Positions 39,323-54,700 of a stretch of DNA of 64,000 nucleotides are shown here, one piece after another; positions within the stretch are counted from its first letter, which is position 1; each line of letters starts with the position of its first letter. The stretch comes from Eledone cirrhosa (taxonomy: Eukaryota): the NCBI GenBank assembly GCA_964016885.1, contig OZ024747.1, positions 3,906,001 through 3,970,000 on the forward strand. Reading direction: 5' to 3'. Both the position numbers and the translations under genes were made by a program. The notes beneath the pieces are model-generated. The model was not told where the DNA came from, searched no databases, and worked only from the letters and a program-made list of their open reading frames with translations.

Positions 39323-40647
39323 GTATTAGTTATACTATTTATGGTTATGTAAACACAAAACCTTAAGCAGTTGTAAGTATTATACACACACCCTAAATAG
39401 TGGTAGGCAGTAATGTATTACTACCTTATTACCAGTAAGTTAAGTAGCTCAATGTAAAAACATCAGATGATTTACAGAGCAGTTATATGAAATATAAGAA
39501 TCAAAGAACTGTTCAAAACATTATTGTGCTTACAGCTGTTTCCTCCAAACCGAGGTTTGGATTCTTCGGAGCAATTTATTAATGCATGGACAGTTATATG
39601 ACCTCCCTTTCAGCCGAGAGACATACCAATACAAACATTGATACATATTCAAACATTGTGGGTCAACATTCATTACAGAATTTAGAGTGGCAGTGCACAC
39701 TTCGAGAATTACATTTATATTAATAGGTACAATCAAAAATCAAAGATATAGGTTAAAGTACAACATGAAGATAAGTGGTTATATAGTGCAAATGTTATAT
39801 GTGTGGCACGCATGTGCGTCTTGTTTATATAGTGTGGCAGAGAGATATGTGTGGTAGAGGCACTTAGGTAGGTAAATAAGAGTGTTAGGTTGGTAGATCT
39901 GGTGGCAAAGTCTTTATATGATTGATATAGTCTGTGTGTGGAGAAATATTATAAGCATTAAAGATAGTGCAAGCATTAAAAGTGTTATAAGTATTGGAGA
40001 TGCACAGCGCAGGGATGTCAAGTAATTCATGTACTTCGGTATTTTCATGGTCAAGGGAGTGTATATATACACTCCCTTGACCATGAAAATACCGAAGTAC
40101 ATGAATTACTTGACATCCCTGCGCTGTGCATCTCCAATACTTATAACACTTTTAATGCTTGCACTATCTTTAATGCTTATAATATTTCTCCACACACAGA
40201 CTATATCAATCATATAAAGACTTTGCCACCAGATCTACCAACCTAACACTCTTATTTACCTACCTAAGTGCCTCTACCACACATATCTCTCTGCCACACT
40301 ATATAAACAAGACGCACATGCGTGCCACACATATAACATTTGCACTATATAACCACTTATCTTCATGTTGTACTTTAACCTATATCTTTGATTTTTGATT
40401 GTACCTATTAATATAAATGTAATTCTCGAAGTGTGCACTGCCACTCTAAATTCTGTAATGAATGTTGACCCACAATGTTTGAATATGTATCAATGTTTGT
40501 ATTGGTATGTCTCTCGGCTGAAAGGGAGGTCATATAACTGTCCATGCATTAATAAATTGCTCCGAAGAATCCAAACCTCGGTTTGGAGGAAACAGCTGTA
40601 AGCACAATAATGTTTTGAACAGTTCTTTGATTCTTATATTTCATATA
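39322..40647 (-). mobile_element. Fold-back PLE terminus forming a 1164-bp spacerless palindrome plus a ~160-bp tail
   Basis: Palindrome 39484-40647 centred at 40065/40066; identical ORFs appear on opposite strands in the track. (TA)n on both sides. Confidence 0.9.
40558..40604 (+). ncRNA. Minimal type I hammerhead (CCGAAGA core); mirror at 39527-39573 on minus
   Basis: TGCT-CCGAAGA-a-TCCAAAC-ctcg-GTTTGGA-g-GAAAC-AGCT-GTA-AGCA. Confidence 0.8.
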
Positions 40648-40700
40648 TATATATATACATATATATATACATATATATATATATATACATATATATATAC

Positions 40701-40733
<33 letters not shown>

Positions 40734-41399
40734 CATATGTATGTTATCATCATCGTAAAATGATGATGATGATGATGACATACATATGTATGTATATATA
40801 TGTGTAATATATACATGTAAGTGCGTGTTTATTGTAGGCAATCCCAATACCCGTTTCTTCATTTTATTTCTGTTTTTCCTCCATATTAAGCAACTTTTAT
40901 CTGATTATCTAAAGTATTGTCACTGAAGCAGTTTCTCAGAAAACAGCTAGAAATCTATTATTTCAGATCTAACATGCTTTTACATCATAAAAATATCTCC
41001 TGAGTCAAAATGATTGTCCTGGAGCCAAATAAATTCTTTTTTTTCCCTCTACAAATGCAACCACCAAGCTATAACATCATCAGCATCAACAATACCATTA
41101 TATATAGCATCATCATTACCAACATCATTATCACTGTCATCGTTAGCAACAGTAACACAGACACCAGAACAACAGGGTTCCAGTAAGGTGGGGAGGTAAT
41201 ACTTAAGAAAGAGAGGAAAATTAGGATCAGGTAAACATATATATAATAAAGTTATGTCAATGAGACAAAGTTGAGGCCAAAACAGATGTCCATAGCTGTC
41301 CCACACTTCCCAAACAGCGATCAGATTATCCTTTTATCCTATTTATTATCTCCCCTTTTCAGTTGCTATAATTTGCTGCAAGATTTTTCCTTATTAACA

Positions 41400-41700
41400 A
41401 TATGGTTGTATGAAATTCCTCAGTAAATAGCAATGAGCATGTTTGCAAAAATATGCGCTTTAGTTTGCTCAAAATTACAGAAAATTAGAGCCATTAATGT
41501 ACAGGGTGGGGTGGGGCATATTCTATAATGGACCTATTGCATTTATAATTGTTAAGGTTATTTTCCTTTAAATGCCAAATATATTTAGATAGTGAGTAGG
41601 GGAGGCTTGTTATAGAATGTATGAATGTATACATATTTTGTGAGAATCGTCCTTTAAAGGGATTTTTAGTAAGCCCCATATGATAATCACATTCAGGCTT
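41400..41700 (-). pseudogene. PLE GIY-YIG endonuclease remnant
   Basis: YMGLTKNPFKGRF...SLSKYIWHLKE matches the YIG.T...FK.R / SLSK.IW.LK motif. Confidence 0.75.
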
Positions 41701-42262
41701 CTATATGTGTGTGTACAGAATTGTGTATTCAGCTGAATTGAATAAAAACATATACACACAGATATATATATATATATATTCAATTCAACTGAATACACAA
41801 TTTTGTACACACACAAACACACACATATGTATACATACTCATATACATACATTTATATATATGAGTGTGTGAATGAGCCTGGGTTTGCTTATATATGTGT
41901 GTGTGGGTGATATATTTATATATGCTCGTATGAACATATATAAGGTAATAAAAAAAAATCTGTAAGCTTAAGAAATAAATTTATTATTGCAGCAGAGTAA
42001 ATAGGAAACAGTATGGTGCAGGAAAATCACAAATCTTCAGCATAGGAGGCAATCCAAAGTAAAATATGATACTGTTGGTGCAGAGGGGAAGAGAGATTTG
42101 CAGCATAAACACTTATACAGGTGCATACATATATGCTTTATATATTTGTATATGTATATATATATGTGTGTTTATATATGTGTATATATATATATATGTG
42201 TGTGTGTGTGTTTATATATGTGTGCATATATATATATATGTATATATAGATATATATATATT

Positions 42263-42303
<41 letters not shown>

Positions 42304-42320
42304 TGTATATACCTCTGTAT

Positions 42321-42353
<33 letters not shown>

Positions 42354-42724
42354 TATATAATATATGTGTATATACATATATATACATATATATACACACA
42401 TATATATATATATACACATATATATAAGATATATATACAATATATACCCATACACATACACATATATATATAGATTATGATATGATGATGATATACATAT
42501 ATAATATATATATTATATATATACACACGCATATATATATACTTATATACATATATATATACATATAATATATATATTATATATATACACACGCATATAT
42601 ATATAATATATATATAAATATATATATATAAATTACATATATATATGTGTGTATGTATGAGTGTATCCTTTTGCATATGTATGGTGTAATGGTGTAGTAT
42701 TTGTTGGCTAAGCATACATATGCG

Positions 42725-43566
42725 TGTGTATGTGTGGCAGTGTGCGTGTGTGGTAGTGTGCGTGTGTGGTAGTGTGCATGTGTGGTAGTGTGTGTGTGTG
42801 GTAGTGTGCATGTGTCATAGTGCACATGCGTGGTAGTGTGCATGTGTGCTAGTGTGCGTGTGTGATAGTGTGCATGTGTGGTAATGTGCCTGTGTGGTAG
42901 TGTACATGTGTGGTAGTGTGCATGTGTGGTAGTGTGCGTGTGTGGTAGTGTGCATGTATGATAGTGTGCGTGTGTGGTAGCGTGCATGTGTGGTAACGCA
43001 CGTGTGCGGTAGTGTGCGTGTGTGGTAGTGTGCATGTGTGGTAGTGTGCATGTGTGGTAGTGTGCATGTGTGTTAGTGTGCATGTGTGGTAGTGTGCATG
43101 TGTGTTAGTGTGCATGTGTGGTAGTGTGCATGTGTGGTAGTGTGCATGTGTGGTAGCATCCATGTGTGGTAGTGTGCATGTGTGGTAGCATGCATGTGTG
43201 GTAGCATCCATGTGTGTTAGCATCCATGTGTGTTAGTGTGCATGTGTGGTAGCATGCATGTGTGGTAGCATGCATGTGTGGTAGTGTGCATGTGTGGTAG
43301 CATCCATGTGTGGTAGTGTGCATGTGTGGTAGTGTGCATGTGTGGTAGCGTGCATGTGTGGTAGCATCCATGTGTGGTAGTGTGCATGTGTGGTAGTGTG
43401 CATGTGTGGTAGCGTGCATGTGTGGTAGCATCCATGTGTGGTAGTGTGCATGTGTGGTAGTGTGCATGTGTGGTAGTGTGCATGTGTGGTAGCATCCATG
43501 TGTGGTAGTGTGCATGTGTGGTAGTGTGCATGTGTGGTAGTGTGCATGTGTGGTAGCGTGCGTGCA
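42725..43566. repeat. 16-bp minisatellite (GTGTGCATGTGTGGTA)n, about 52 copies
   Basis: Directly visible; explains the [12 protein letters not shown] ORFs. Confidence 0.95.
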
Positions 43567-44297
43567 TAATTTCTCCACTGGTTCTGCATGAAGCTATTTA
43601 ATATTGTTAGAATTGTCATTCTCTGTGGTAGCTAAATAACAACAACAATAACAACAACAACAATAACAACAACAACAACAACATTTCTATTATATTATCG
43701 AACATCAGTAAAAAAAAAAATCTCCCACATGCACTTATCCATCAAATATATTTATATGCTTATACGTATGTATGTATATATATATATATATATACTTATA
43801 TTTGTATATATATACATGATATATATAGATATATATATGTGTATGTGTGTGTGTGTGTATAAAGGCCTATACTATTCATGTGTATGATCATATGATTTAT
43901 GTTTATGCATGTATACATATATATATATAAGTGTGTGTGTGTATATATATATATACACCTAGATGTATGTGTGTACATACATATAAACACACTCATATGT
44001 ATGAGCTTCATGGGATATTTTCATATTTGAATGTGCAATAGTGTGCATATGTGAGAAATATTGTTTGCCAAATGTGCACAGAACTATCATAACTAAGTTT
44101 TTAAGGATGAAATCGCATATATGAATACATAGATAGTATACATACGTTCTTACAATCTTATGTATTTAACTCCAAACTTTCTGTGAGGCTCACATGCTTG
44201 CACATATGCATTGTGCAAAAATACACTTACCTGCATGCCTTAACATTCATGAATGCTACCTGATATGCTCACTCATCCATAGATATCCATATGTGTG

Positions 44298-44345
<48 letters not shown>

Positions 44346-44964
44346 CACCACCACCAACACCATCATCATCATCGTTTTAACATCTGATTTCCCTACTAGC
44401 AAGGGTTCCACGGGTCAGACTTGTTAAATTTTCATTGCAAAAAAAATATTCTCTATTTATGATTTGCAATATAGAATTGCACAAGTGTTTGGTAATAAAA
44501 TTCTTCATATCAATAGAACATCTTGAGATTTGAAAGAACTCAAAGCAAAATTGGTATAAGCATTATTACCACATAAAAATTATTTCCTTATGGTTTAACT
44601 TATTTTTGGCTTTAAATTAGGAAATCTTATTATTTCTATGTTGTTGTTTTGACCTTGGTTTGCTCTGATGCAGCAGATCTTTTTTCAAAGATATTCCCAT
44701 CACTACTATCACATCATATTTTAAGACATAGCACCATTTTTAGGAATACATTATCCAATGCCTTGATTAGTTTTTAGGTAATCAAATATGATTTGAAAGT
44801 GATTTTGCTACTGTTTCTATCACAGTCAGTTACACATTTCAATCGTATTTGTGCAACAGTTTTGCAAGAGATGTCAACATGAATGGACCTGTTATTTTTA
44901 TCTAAAGACATTTTTTCCAATTCCAACACGCCCGTCCCCTCAATCTATTTTATTTCTCTTTCTT

Positions 44965-45000
44965 TCTTCTGATGAAGGACTAGCGTCCGAAACGTTGAGA
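44965..45000 (+). ncRNA. Minimal hammerhead motif whose loopless stem III implies a dimer
   Basis: TCTT-CTGATGA-a-GGAC-tagc-GTCC-GAAAC-GTT-GAGA. The 3' half GTCCGAAACGTTAAGA recurs at 6863. Confidence 0.65.
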
Positions 45001-45091
45001 CCCTCTTCCTGCTATATCAAGTGTTAACCTAATATATACCTTCCATATACTGTACCGATTGTGTTGTTATTTCTGTTTACCTTTTACATAC

Positions 45092-45191
<100 letters not shown>

Positions 45192-45318
45192 TCAGTAGAA
45201 GTTGTTTTGGTAAAAACAGGAGCAAGCGGGATTGCATAAGAGAACTTTTTAAATAATTATTATGACTAAACGATTTATGTAACATCAGTATCTTTCTTAA
45301 GGTTATTCTCATATATAT

Positions 45319-45474
45319 AAGTTTATCCCAGGTTCAATCAGGGGTAACCACAGTAAGTAAAGTACACAATACAAAGCAGAGTATAAATATTTAATATAGA
45401 AAAGGCTTCTACAGGACTAGATCTGTTTCATTCAGGAGAAATCATCAGGGAGAAATCATCCTGTAGAAGCCTTT

Positions 45475-45483
<9 letters not shown>
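45319..45483 (-). mobile_element. Fold-back mini-PLE with hammerhead (family of 61745)
   Basis: Arms 45392-45416 and 45459-45483. Minus strand CTGATGA-tttctcctgaat-GAAACAG...CTGTA-GAAG. Confidence 0.75.
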
Positions 45484-45509
<26 letters not shown>

Positions 45510-45525
45510 CTCGTATATATATATA

Positions 45526-45780
<255 letters not shown>

Positions 45781-46897
45781 CTCTTCTACAGTCTCTGGCT
45801 GCTGTATTTAACTCATAAGGTTTTGGTCAATCTGAAGTGAAGGTAGATGTTTACCTGCAGCTGACTAAACACATCATACATTTGTTCTTCAATTATTATT
45901 TGATATCTTTTCAAGTTTTTTATTGAATAAAAAATATGTACATGCTGGACAATATTTAGCCCTTGGGGAGCCCTGGGCATTTCAGGTTTGTGAGGCCCAG
46001 AGAATTTCAGGTTTTGGGGGCCCAGGGCAGTTTAGGTTTTGGGGGCCCAGGGCTGTTCCAAGAGGGGAATATGTCTGATAAGGGGTACCTAGGACATTTG
46101 CCCTTCAGCCCCCCTGATATATTCAGCCCTGTGTACATGATGTTATTGATAATCAATTGAGCACTTGACAAAATGTCTTCTGGTATTTCAGTATTTACAT
46201 TTATACTCTAAATTCAAATTCTACCAGGTAGAACTTTTACTCAGTCTGAGGTTGTTAAAATAATTACTAATATAAAAAATACAAAAAAATAAACAAAGTC
46301 AATTCAATTGACTTTCTTGGTCTCAAGAGGCCTGTGAGAGCTCGGGAACAACCATTTCCTCCAGAGAAAATGTATAAAAAAGAAATCAACTATACACCTC
46401 CCTCTAAAGATGTGTGCTCTTGTGCCAATGTAAACATAAATCAATATCTTGTATTGCTTAATGCTTTAATAGCACTTATGTTCGCTATCATTTAGAATAT
46501 AAATGTGTATAAATAGGGGAAATAATTTTCTTTAAGATATATGTCATTAAAACAGCTACCATTTGGATTATACACATATTGAATAGAGACCAACATTTTT
46601 TTCAGCCATATTTCATTAAAAAATAAATATATTTTTTCTGTTTTGCAAATATTTTATTTTCAATTTCTCGCATTTCCTTATAAATATCTTTGGGGATATA
46701 AGGAGAATGTGTTTAAGATTTCTTATATTCAATAAATCAACATTTCAAAGTCATATGACACCATTATTAGAGTATTCAACCATAGAATAATGGATTTTGT
46801 GTTATATGTACAATTTCTATTTCACTAGTTTTTTGGTACAGTAACAAGTTTAGGGATTCACAGAATGGCATTAATAAAAGATGCATACATATGTATG

Positions 46898-46942
<45 letters not shown>

Positions 46943-46947
<5 letters not shown>

Positions 46948-47134
46948 AAAAAGTATGACCCCGACGGCAGAGCTCAAACCATTTCGATGGCTAATTCTGT
47001 CCAGAAATACCCGTCGAAACGGCTTGACCTCTGCCGTCGGGGTCATACTTTTTCCTATTACCCACTCTACTACCCTAAGTATTGAGTACTCTGGTGCATT
47101 ATGGTCCATCTGGTTCCTTACCACAATTCCTTTG

Positions 47135-47136
<2 letters not shown>
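46943..47136 (+). mobile_element. Fold-back mini-PLE (family of 31578)
   Basis: Inverted repeat 46943-47058 centred on CTG-TC-CAG; tail with TTGAGTACTCT; (TA)n on both sides. Confidence 0.85.
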
Positions 47137-47175
<39 letters not shown>

Positions 47176-47649
47176 ATTTATGAATATATAGGTGTGTATA
47201 TATATATATAAAACATTTATTTATGAATATGTAGGTGCATATATATATATACATAATCTATTTATGTGTGTAAAGGTATATGTGTGTGTGTGTGCACAAG
47301 CTGACATATCAGCCATGATTCCTTATTAGGTGTTCTTATCATCACAGTACCCCCTACTACACTCTCTGAGATCCCTCACTCTGTACCCCACTAAACTCTG
47401 TAAAGTAGTTGATAATAGGAAAGGCATCTAGACCTAGAAAATCTACCAAACATATGGTCAAACAGACCCTTTGTTTGGCAGATGGTGTCTCTTCAGGTGT
47501 GTCAAAAACATAACAACACCATTAGTGTTGATGATTTACATAATAAATGCACTCGGTACATTCTGTAAAGTGATTGGTGATATGAAGGACATCTAGCCAT
47601 AGAAAAGATGACAAAAGAAAATTGAAAAGACTTTTCATACAGAAAAATT

Positions 47650-47871
47650 AGAATACACAGCCCCCCCCCCCTCCCTAATTTTACATATCAAAGTTAGCTT
47701 AGTGCAATTAATTGGAATTAAAAAGTTATACATACAGGTATTAAATTAAAAAATTCTAACCATCCTAAAAGTAAGGAGGGAACAAATAAATTGCTACGGC
47801 GACTGCTTGTGGGGCCCCTACAGCAGGGGCCCAGGGCAATTGCCCCCTTTGCCCCATCAAATTTAGCCCTG
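47650..47871. mobile_element. hAT-like non-autonomous element (family of 858 and 13354)
   Basis: ACAGGTATTAAATTAAAAAATTCTAACCATCCTAAAA...GGGCAATTGCCCC...TAGCCCTG. Confidence 0.55.
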
Positions 47872-48936
47872 ATCTTGAACATCCTACATAAAATTATTCA
47901 TGCTGGATTTCTGTTCATGTGTTTCTTCTGACAGCAGACGATGGTGTAGGTGTGGAATATCATTTCAATGACATTATTGAGGGAAATATTATTAATAAAA
48001 AAAATCCAATTTTCTGTTACAGAGAAACTAAAGAAATGAAACTTTAAATAGAAATACAATTGAAAATTAAAAGACACAAATATAAGTAGTGAAAGATTTA
48101 TAAATATGAGCAGCACTGATTTTCTAAGTTGAGTTAGAAAACATATCAATATATAAATATAGCTTATAGATGAACTGTTAAGATTAACTGAAAGTATAGG
48201 AAATAGAATGAGAAAGATAAAAAGTATAAGAGAGGAGAAATAAAAAGAATAAAAGAGAGAAGGAGAAACAGAAGAGTGGGAGATGTAACAATGTGAGACA
48301 AAGAATGTTAGAAATTGAAAATAATGCTGAAAGGGAAAGTAAAAATGTCTGAGTGGATATAGGAATGGTGAGATATATTTTATTGTGGCATTATTGATCA
48401 TTTCATTTCTTTCCGGGGTCAATAAAATAACTTCCAATCAACTACAGGTCAATATAATCAACTGTTCCTTCCTAACAAAACTTCTGACCTCTGACCCACC
48501 TAGAGGTCAATGGTTCGGCTGCAATACTGACATATCTGTGATGACATGTCAAACCCTTGCTAGAAGGGAAAACAGATGTAAAATGAAGATGATGATATCC
48601 TCATTTAATGTCCATATACCTACACACTTATACACACATTATATCCCCAAATAATAGCCATTAAAGAATAACTGATATACTTAGGTATATGTCAAATCTT
48701 TGAATGTCATTAAATGTTAGGTCAAAACTTTAGAGTTATCATAAGATGTCAGAAATGTGAACTGATTAATGTCAAATTGATATGCCATGTTTTACTATAG
48801 CCATTTTGATATCACCAGTCATTTGTTGGTTATAATATGACATAAATGTTATATCTAAAGTGTTGTAAATTGTTGATATATTTCTATCTTAATATGATTA
48901 TAGTAGTATGTGGGTAATGACATCAATTGATGAGAC

Positions 48937-51900
48937 ATGGTCATGTTGGACAACATTGTGACGGCTACGATGGAATCCATGGAGGCTACGGGTTTGGTAC
49001 CAGAAATGAGGAAGGCTTCAGAATTCTGGAATTCTGTGACGCTAATAACCTAACTATCTGCAACACAAACTTCAAAAAATGAGACAATCACTTGATCACA
49101 TATAGATCAGGGGAACACGCCAGTCAGATAGATTATATCCTTACCAGAAGACGTGACAAAGTGTCAGTTGTAAACACTAACTACCTCCCCCGCGAAGAAT
49201 GCACCTCCCAACATAGCCTCATAGTTAGTGACCTCATAGTCAGGACGAGACGTACTCAACACCAGAGGAGGACCACCCTGAGAAGAAGAATATGGAAGTT
49301 AAAGGACCCCACAACCAGTAAGAAATTTAAAAGCATACTACTTGATGCTTTTGACAGTAAGGAAGAGCAATTAGAGATGTACAGTATAGAGGAACAGTGG
49401 GAATTCCTGAAAGTTAACCTGCTAAAGGCGACAGATGAAATCTGTGGCTGGAGCAGACCTATAGGCAGGAGGAGAGTAACATGGTGGTAGAACAGTAAGG
49501 AGGAGGAGTCAATCAAGGGCAAAAAGCAAGCTTGGGAAGTATGGCGGGATGGGGGAAGTAGAGAACACTATCAAGTGGCCAGGAGGGAAGCTAGGAGACA
49601 AGTGTACCTTGCAAGAAGGGAAGCAGAGGAAAGAAAGTTCAAGCATGTTCTACAACACGAGGACCAAAAACATGAGGTGTTCAGGATTGCTAGACAATGT
49701 GTCAAGGAAAACCGTGATATTGTCGGGGAGAAGTGTGTCCGTAATGATGATGGTATATTTGCCATCATTGATATTGATAAGAAGGTAGCTTGGAAGCATC
49801 ACTACGAGAGGTTACTAAATGAGGAGAATAAGTGGGAAAAAGTTAGTCTGCCCCAAATTGATCCAACAGAGGGACCAGCAGTGCAAGTTGAAGGTAGTAT
49901 AATAAGTAAGGCAATCAAAGATATGAAGACAGGCAAAGCAGCTGGGCCTTTGGAGATAGTTGCTGAAATGCTGAAAGCATCTGGATTGGTGGGACACACT
50001 ATGGACTCCTGGATAGTAAACCAAGTCATACAGAATGAGGTCATACCAAATGACTGGTATAGCAGCTTCATCATTAACTGCTACAAGAATAAAGGAGATG
50101 CCCTAGATAGGGGAAGCTATAGAGGCATTAAATTAATTGACCAGGTCATGAAGGTCACAGAAAAAGTTATAGCGCAACTAATCAGAGAGCGAATTGATTT
50201 GATGAAATGCAGTTTGGGTTTGTGTCAGGTAAAAGTACCACAGACGCTCTTTTCCTTGTACGACAACTACAGGAGAAGTACCTAGCTAAAAGTAAACTGC
50301 TATATTTAGCTTTTGTTGACTTGGAGAAAGCCTTTGACAGAGTTCCCCACTCCATTATCTGGTAGCTCTTAGAAAACTAGGTGTTGATGAATGGCTCGTG
50401 AGAGCTATACAAGCCATGTATAAAGAAACACTCAGCAAGGTTAGAATTAACAACGAATATAGTGAAGAATTTAGTGTAAAAGTCGGTGTTCATCAGGGCT
50501 CTGTTCTTAGCCCCCTACTATTTATTATTGCCCTTCAGGCTAAAACAGAGGAGTTCAAGACCGGCTGCCCATGGGAACTTCTATACGCAGATGATCTAAT
50601 GCTCATAACTGAATCAATGGCTGAACTAGAGAAGAAATTCCAAATTTGGAAGCATGGCCTAGAATCAAAAGGCCTTAAAATTAACTTGTCTAAGACTAAA
50701 GTTCTAGTATGTAGGAAGGAAAACAGGGCACTGGTACCCTCTGGGAAATGGCCATGCTCAGTGTGTAGGAAAGGAGTAGGCAGAAACTCCATTTTATGTC
50801 CCAAATGCAAAGTATGGATACATAAAAGATGTAGTGGTATCACAGGTAAACTAACTAAGAACATAGATTTTATATGTGGCCGGTGCTCAAGTGCAATAAG
50901 TAGTAGCAAGTGCCCACAGGATACTAGCTCCTTCCATTGCCCAGATGGTTCTATAGAAATAGTGGACACCTTCCGTTATCTGGGTGACAAAATCAGCAGT
51001 GGTGGAGGGTGCTCTGAAAGTACAGTAGCCAGAGTTAGAACGGGATGGAAAAAGTTCAGAGAGCTTATACCACTATTGGCCGCTAAAGGTTTCTCCCTAA
51101 AAATGAAAGGCAGACTGTATGATGCCTGCATACGAACAGCAATGTTACATGGCAGTGAGACATGGTCATTACGTGCAGAGGATATACGCAGACTGGAGAG
51201 GAACGAAGCTTGCATGCTCCGTTGGATGTGTAATAGTAATATACGTGAACAGCAAAGCATAAATGAACTAAGTGAGAAATTAGGAATAAGAGGGATCAGA
51301 TGTTGTTTACTCGAGAGAAGACTACGTTGGTACGGTCACGTGATGCGCATGAAAGACGACAGCTGTATAAAAAAGTGCAGGGCAATAAAAATAGACGGTA
51401 GCCACGGAGTAGGTAGACCCAGAAAAACCTGGGACAATTTGATAAATTCCGACCTTACACACTTACACCTCTCCAAGGCAATGTCACTGGACCAAGATAT
51501 TTGGCGCTATGCAGTAATACAGAAGACCCGTCTTGCCTAAGTACAAAGCAAAACCTACAGTCAGTAGGCACCTCCTAACCAAAAATACACCTCATCCCAC
51601 TACTCCTACCCTCCACCTCCATCTACACCACCCCTTTCTCTGTAAAGTTATGTTGGTACCACAACATCCGGTCCTAAATAAATGAGGTCGTGTAGGTGTC
51701 ATGACAAAAAAAGCACACAGTCCATGCTGTAATGTGGCCGTGTAGGTAACACGGTAAAAACCTCCCAGTCCACACTGTAAATGTGGTTGGTGTTAGGAAG
51801 GGCATCCAGCCGTAGAAAACCTGCCAGACAGTCCTATACAAGCAAGACAACCAATCTTGCCTCAAGTGGGACAATTCCTGTCTAAACCCATGCAAGCGTG

Positions 51901-51937
51901 GAAGATGGACATTAAACGATGATGATGATGATGATGA
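48937..51937 (+). mobile_element. RTE-clade LINE, 5'-truncated in the APE domain, with stops and frameshifts
   Basis: GHVG...HGGYGFGTRNEEG.RILEFC; SQIDYIL; KGDALDRGSYRGIKL; FVDLEKAFD; GVHQGSVLSPLLF; YADD; 3' UTR ending in (GAT)n. Confidence 0.95.
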
Positions 51938-52999
51938 GATACAAGTTTGCTAATTTCCATAGTAGAGGAGATATGTTTTGATATGGCTTCTTACCACTCT
52001 TGCTGATACATATATACATAAATATATATATGCACGCGCACACACACATATACACACACACATATGCCGAAACTAAACAGAAGCAACAAAGCAGCATCGT
52101 AACTTATTAGCATGTCACAAACTCTAATTCTAATTAATTGTCACCAACATAGACCCTTACTTGTATTCTCAGATTTCATATTTTATCTGGATAATGTATG
52201 CAAAAGATTGCAAACATTAAACCCCTTTGGGTGTAAACCCCATATTATGATGATGTGGAACGAAAGCCAATTCTGACAGGACATGAACACATGGCAGTAA
52301 TGTAATAAACTAGAATCTCTAAGGTATCTTAAGTTTACTTTGTTACTAACTGCATGTAATTCACAACAATATATTTCTTATGTAATATGCATGTTTATAT
52401 GAGTCAGTGAAGGAGCCTTTATATGGTTCCTAGACCAGCTAGAAAGGGCAGTCAAATATCTATCCAATTAAGCCAGCATTTCTCAACTAGTATCCACGGA
52501 ACTCTAAGGTTCAACATGGAGTCGCTAGGGGTTCCATGAGAAACAATAAATAAACTAATGCATGGGGTGAACATATTAATAAAAGTCCTCACTTATGTGG
52601 AATTACTGGAATCATGAAGACTATACTCATCTTGCATGTAGGTTCCATTTTTGGCATGATTTGTATGGTTGGATACCCTTCCTACCTAATGTTAACCTTT
52701 TTACAAAGAGTATTGGGGAGATTTTATAGGATTACCACTACGAGGAATATTGCTTTGTATCTCTTCTGGTCTACACAACCATCCTGACCCTATTGTGTGT
52801 CCATGTGTACAAGGGAATACAACTGAGGAATCAAATAGAAGAGAAAGTAGTAATAGGTGAGGAATCTGGGTAAGATGGTAAAAAAGAGTGAATATGATAG
52901 GAGAAACAATGATAATAATAATGAAAATTGTGTACAGTGCTCAGGTACACTACAACTCATCAAGGGTGCATGTTGCATGTATAGTACATAGAATAATGT

Positions 53000-53290
53000 A
53001 CAAATATCAGGAAAGTGAACAGTGTATGATATACACACACATGCGTGTGTGTGTATGGAGGGGGAATATCAGGTGCAGTGTTGGTGAATTTCAAGAAACA
53101 TGGAAGTTTTGAAAAATGCAGTGTCCTGACAGCTAACAACTGATACAGGTAGTTTGTTCCATGCTTCAGCAACTCTGGGCATGGAAAAATGTTTCTGAAA
53201 GTCATGGGAGCTGCACTGTTTTCTGATTTTGTAATCATGTCCATGGGTGTTAGGCATATGGCAGTTATATGTTATTTGCTGGTCTGGTGA
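53000..53290 (-). mobile_element. CR1/L2-group LINE 3' fragment
   Basis: THGHDYKIRKQ...KHFSMPRVAEAWNKLPVSVVS...FK matches TRGH..K / FFS.RV...WN.LP..VV....FK. Confidence 0.75.
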
Positions 53291-54177
53291 GTGAAGAAGG
53301 ATTGTGGTGAGACGTGATAGAAGAAATAGTAGAAGATAGAGAAAGTGGTAAGAGAGAGAGACTGTGATGGACTTCAATGAGTGACCTGGCGGAGAGGAAA
53401 ATATATCTAGCAGCAAAGCATGGTGGGAGTAAGGGGTACTATATGAACAGATCTGCGGCGATCTATTGTTACACATATATATACATACATAAATACATAT
53501 GTACATACAAACACATATATATATATGCAAACTTATATATATATATATATGTGCATGTATATATACACACACACACACACACATATATATATGCTATCTA
53601 CTATCTCTATATCTTTCTCTAGATATGTGAGCACACACATTCCCCCTCTTATATAGATTATATACATACACATGCATACACATATACACACACAAATATA
53701 TATACAGATACACACATACATATATGAACATATATTATATATTTAGATAATTGCTCGTTGGTGCATATATTTACATATTTCATGATATAAACACATATGC
53801 TTGAATACACATCAACACACACAAGTATATTTATTATGCTCTTGTATTTAAATATATGCATACACAAGAGGAATGTCTTGAAATTCATTAAAGACAAAAT
53901 TTCAAGAATATACTCTTGATGGCATTATCTTTTCTTTACCAATGCCAAAACAGCTGCATTTGTCAGGCATTTTTTAGTCTTTTATCTTGTAATTTCCTCT
54001 TGCAAATTTCTACTAACTTTGATGCTTTTCCCAACCCTTTATATACATATACAAACATATATACAAAGAGACACATACTCACATAAGCCCATATATATAT
54101 ACACAAATGAATACACACATACATAGATTATATATCTATAAATATGCATATAAATATACATACATACATGCATACAT

Positions 54178-54491
54178 GCATATATATATATATATATATA
54201 TATTTGTAAATATATATATATATTTGTAAATATATATATATATATATATATTTGTAAATATATATATATATATATTTGTAATATATATATATATATATTT
54301 GTAAATATATATATATATATATATTTGTAATATATATATATATATATTTGTAATATATATATATATATTTGTAAATATATATATATTTACAAATATATAT
54401 ATATATATATATATATTTGTAAATATATATATATATATATATATTTGTAAATATATATATATATATTTGTAAATATATATATATATATTTG

Positions 54492-54550
<59 letters not shown>

Positions 54551-54624
54551 AAATATATATATATATATAAATATATATATTTGTAAATATATATATATAT
54601 ATAAATATATATATTTGTAAATAT

Positions 54625-54698
<74 letters not shown>

Positions 54699-54700
54699 GT
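54178..54700. repeat. (TA)n-based minisatellite with TTTGTAAA punctuation
   Basis: Directly visible. Confidence 0.9.

Noticed and set aside
39530-40601. Identical ORF pairs on opposite strands read as duplicated genes
   Set aside because: They are a by-product of the palindrome and show no protein motif.
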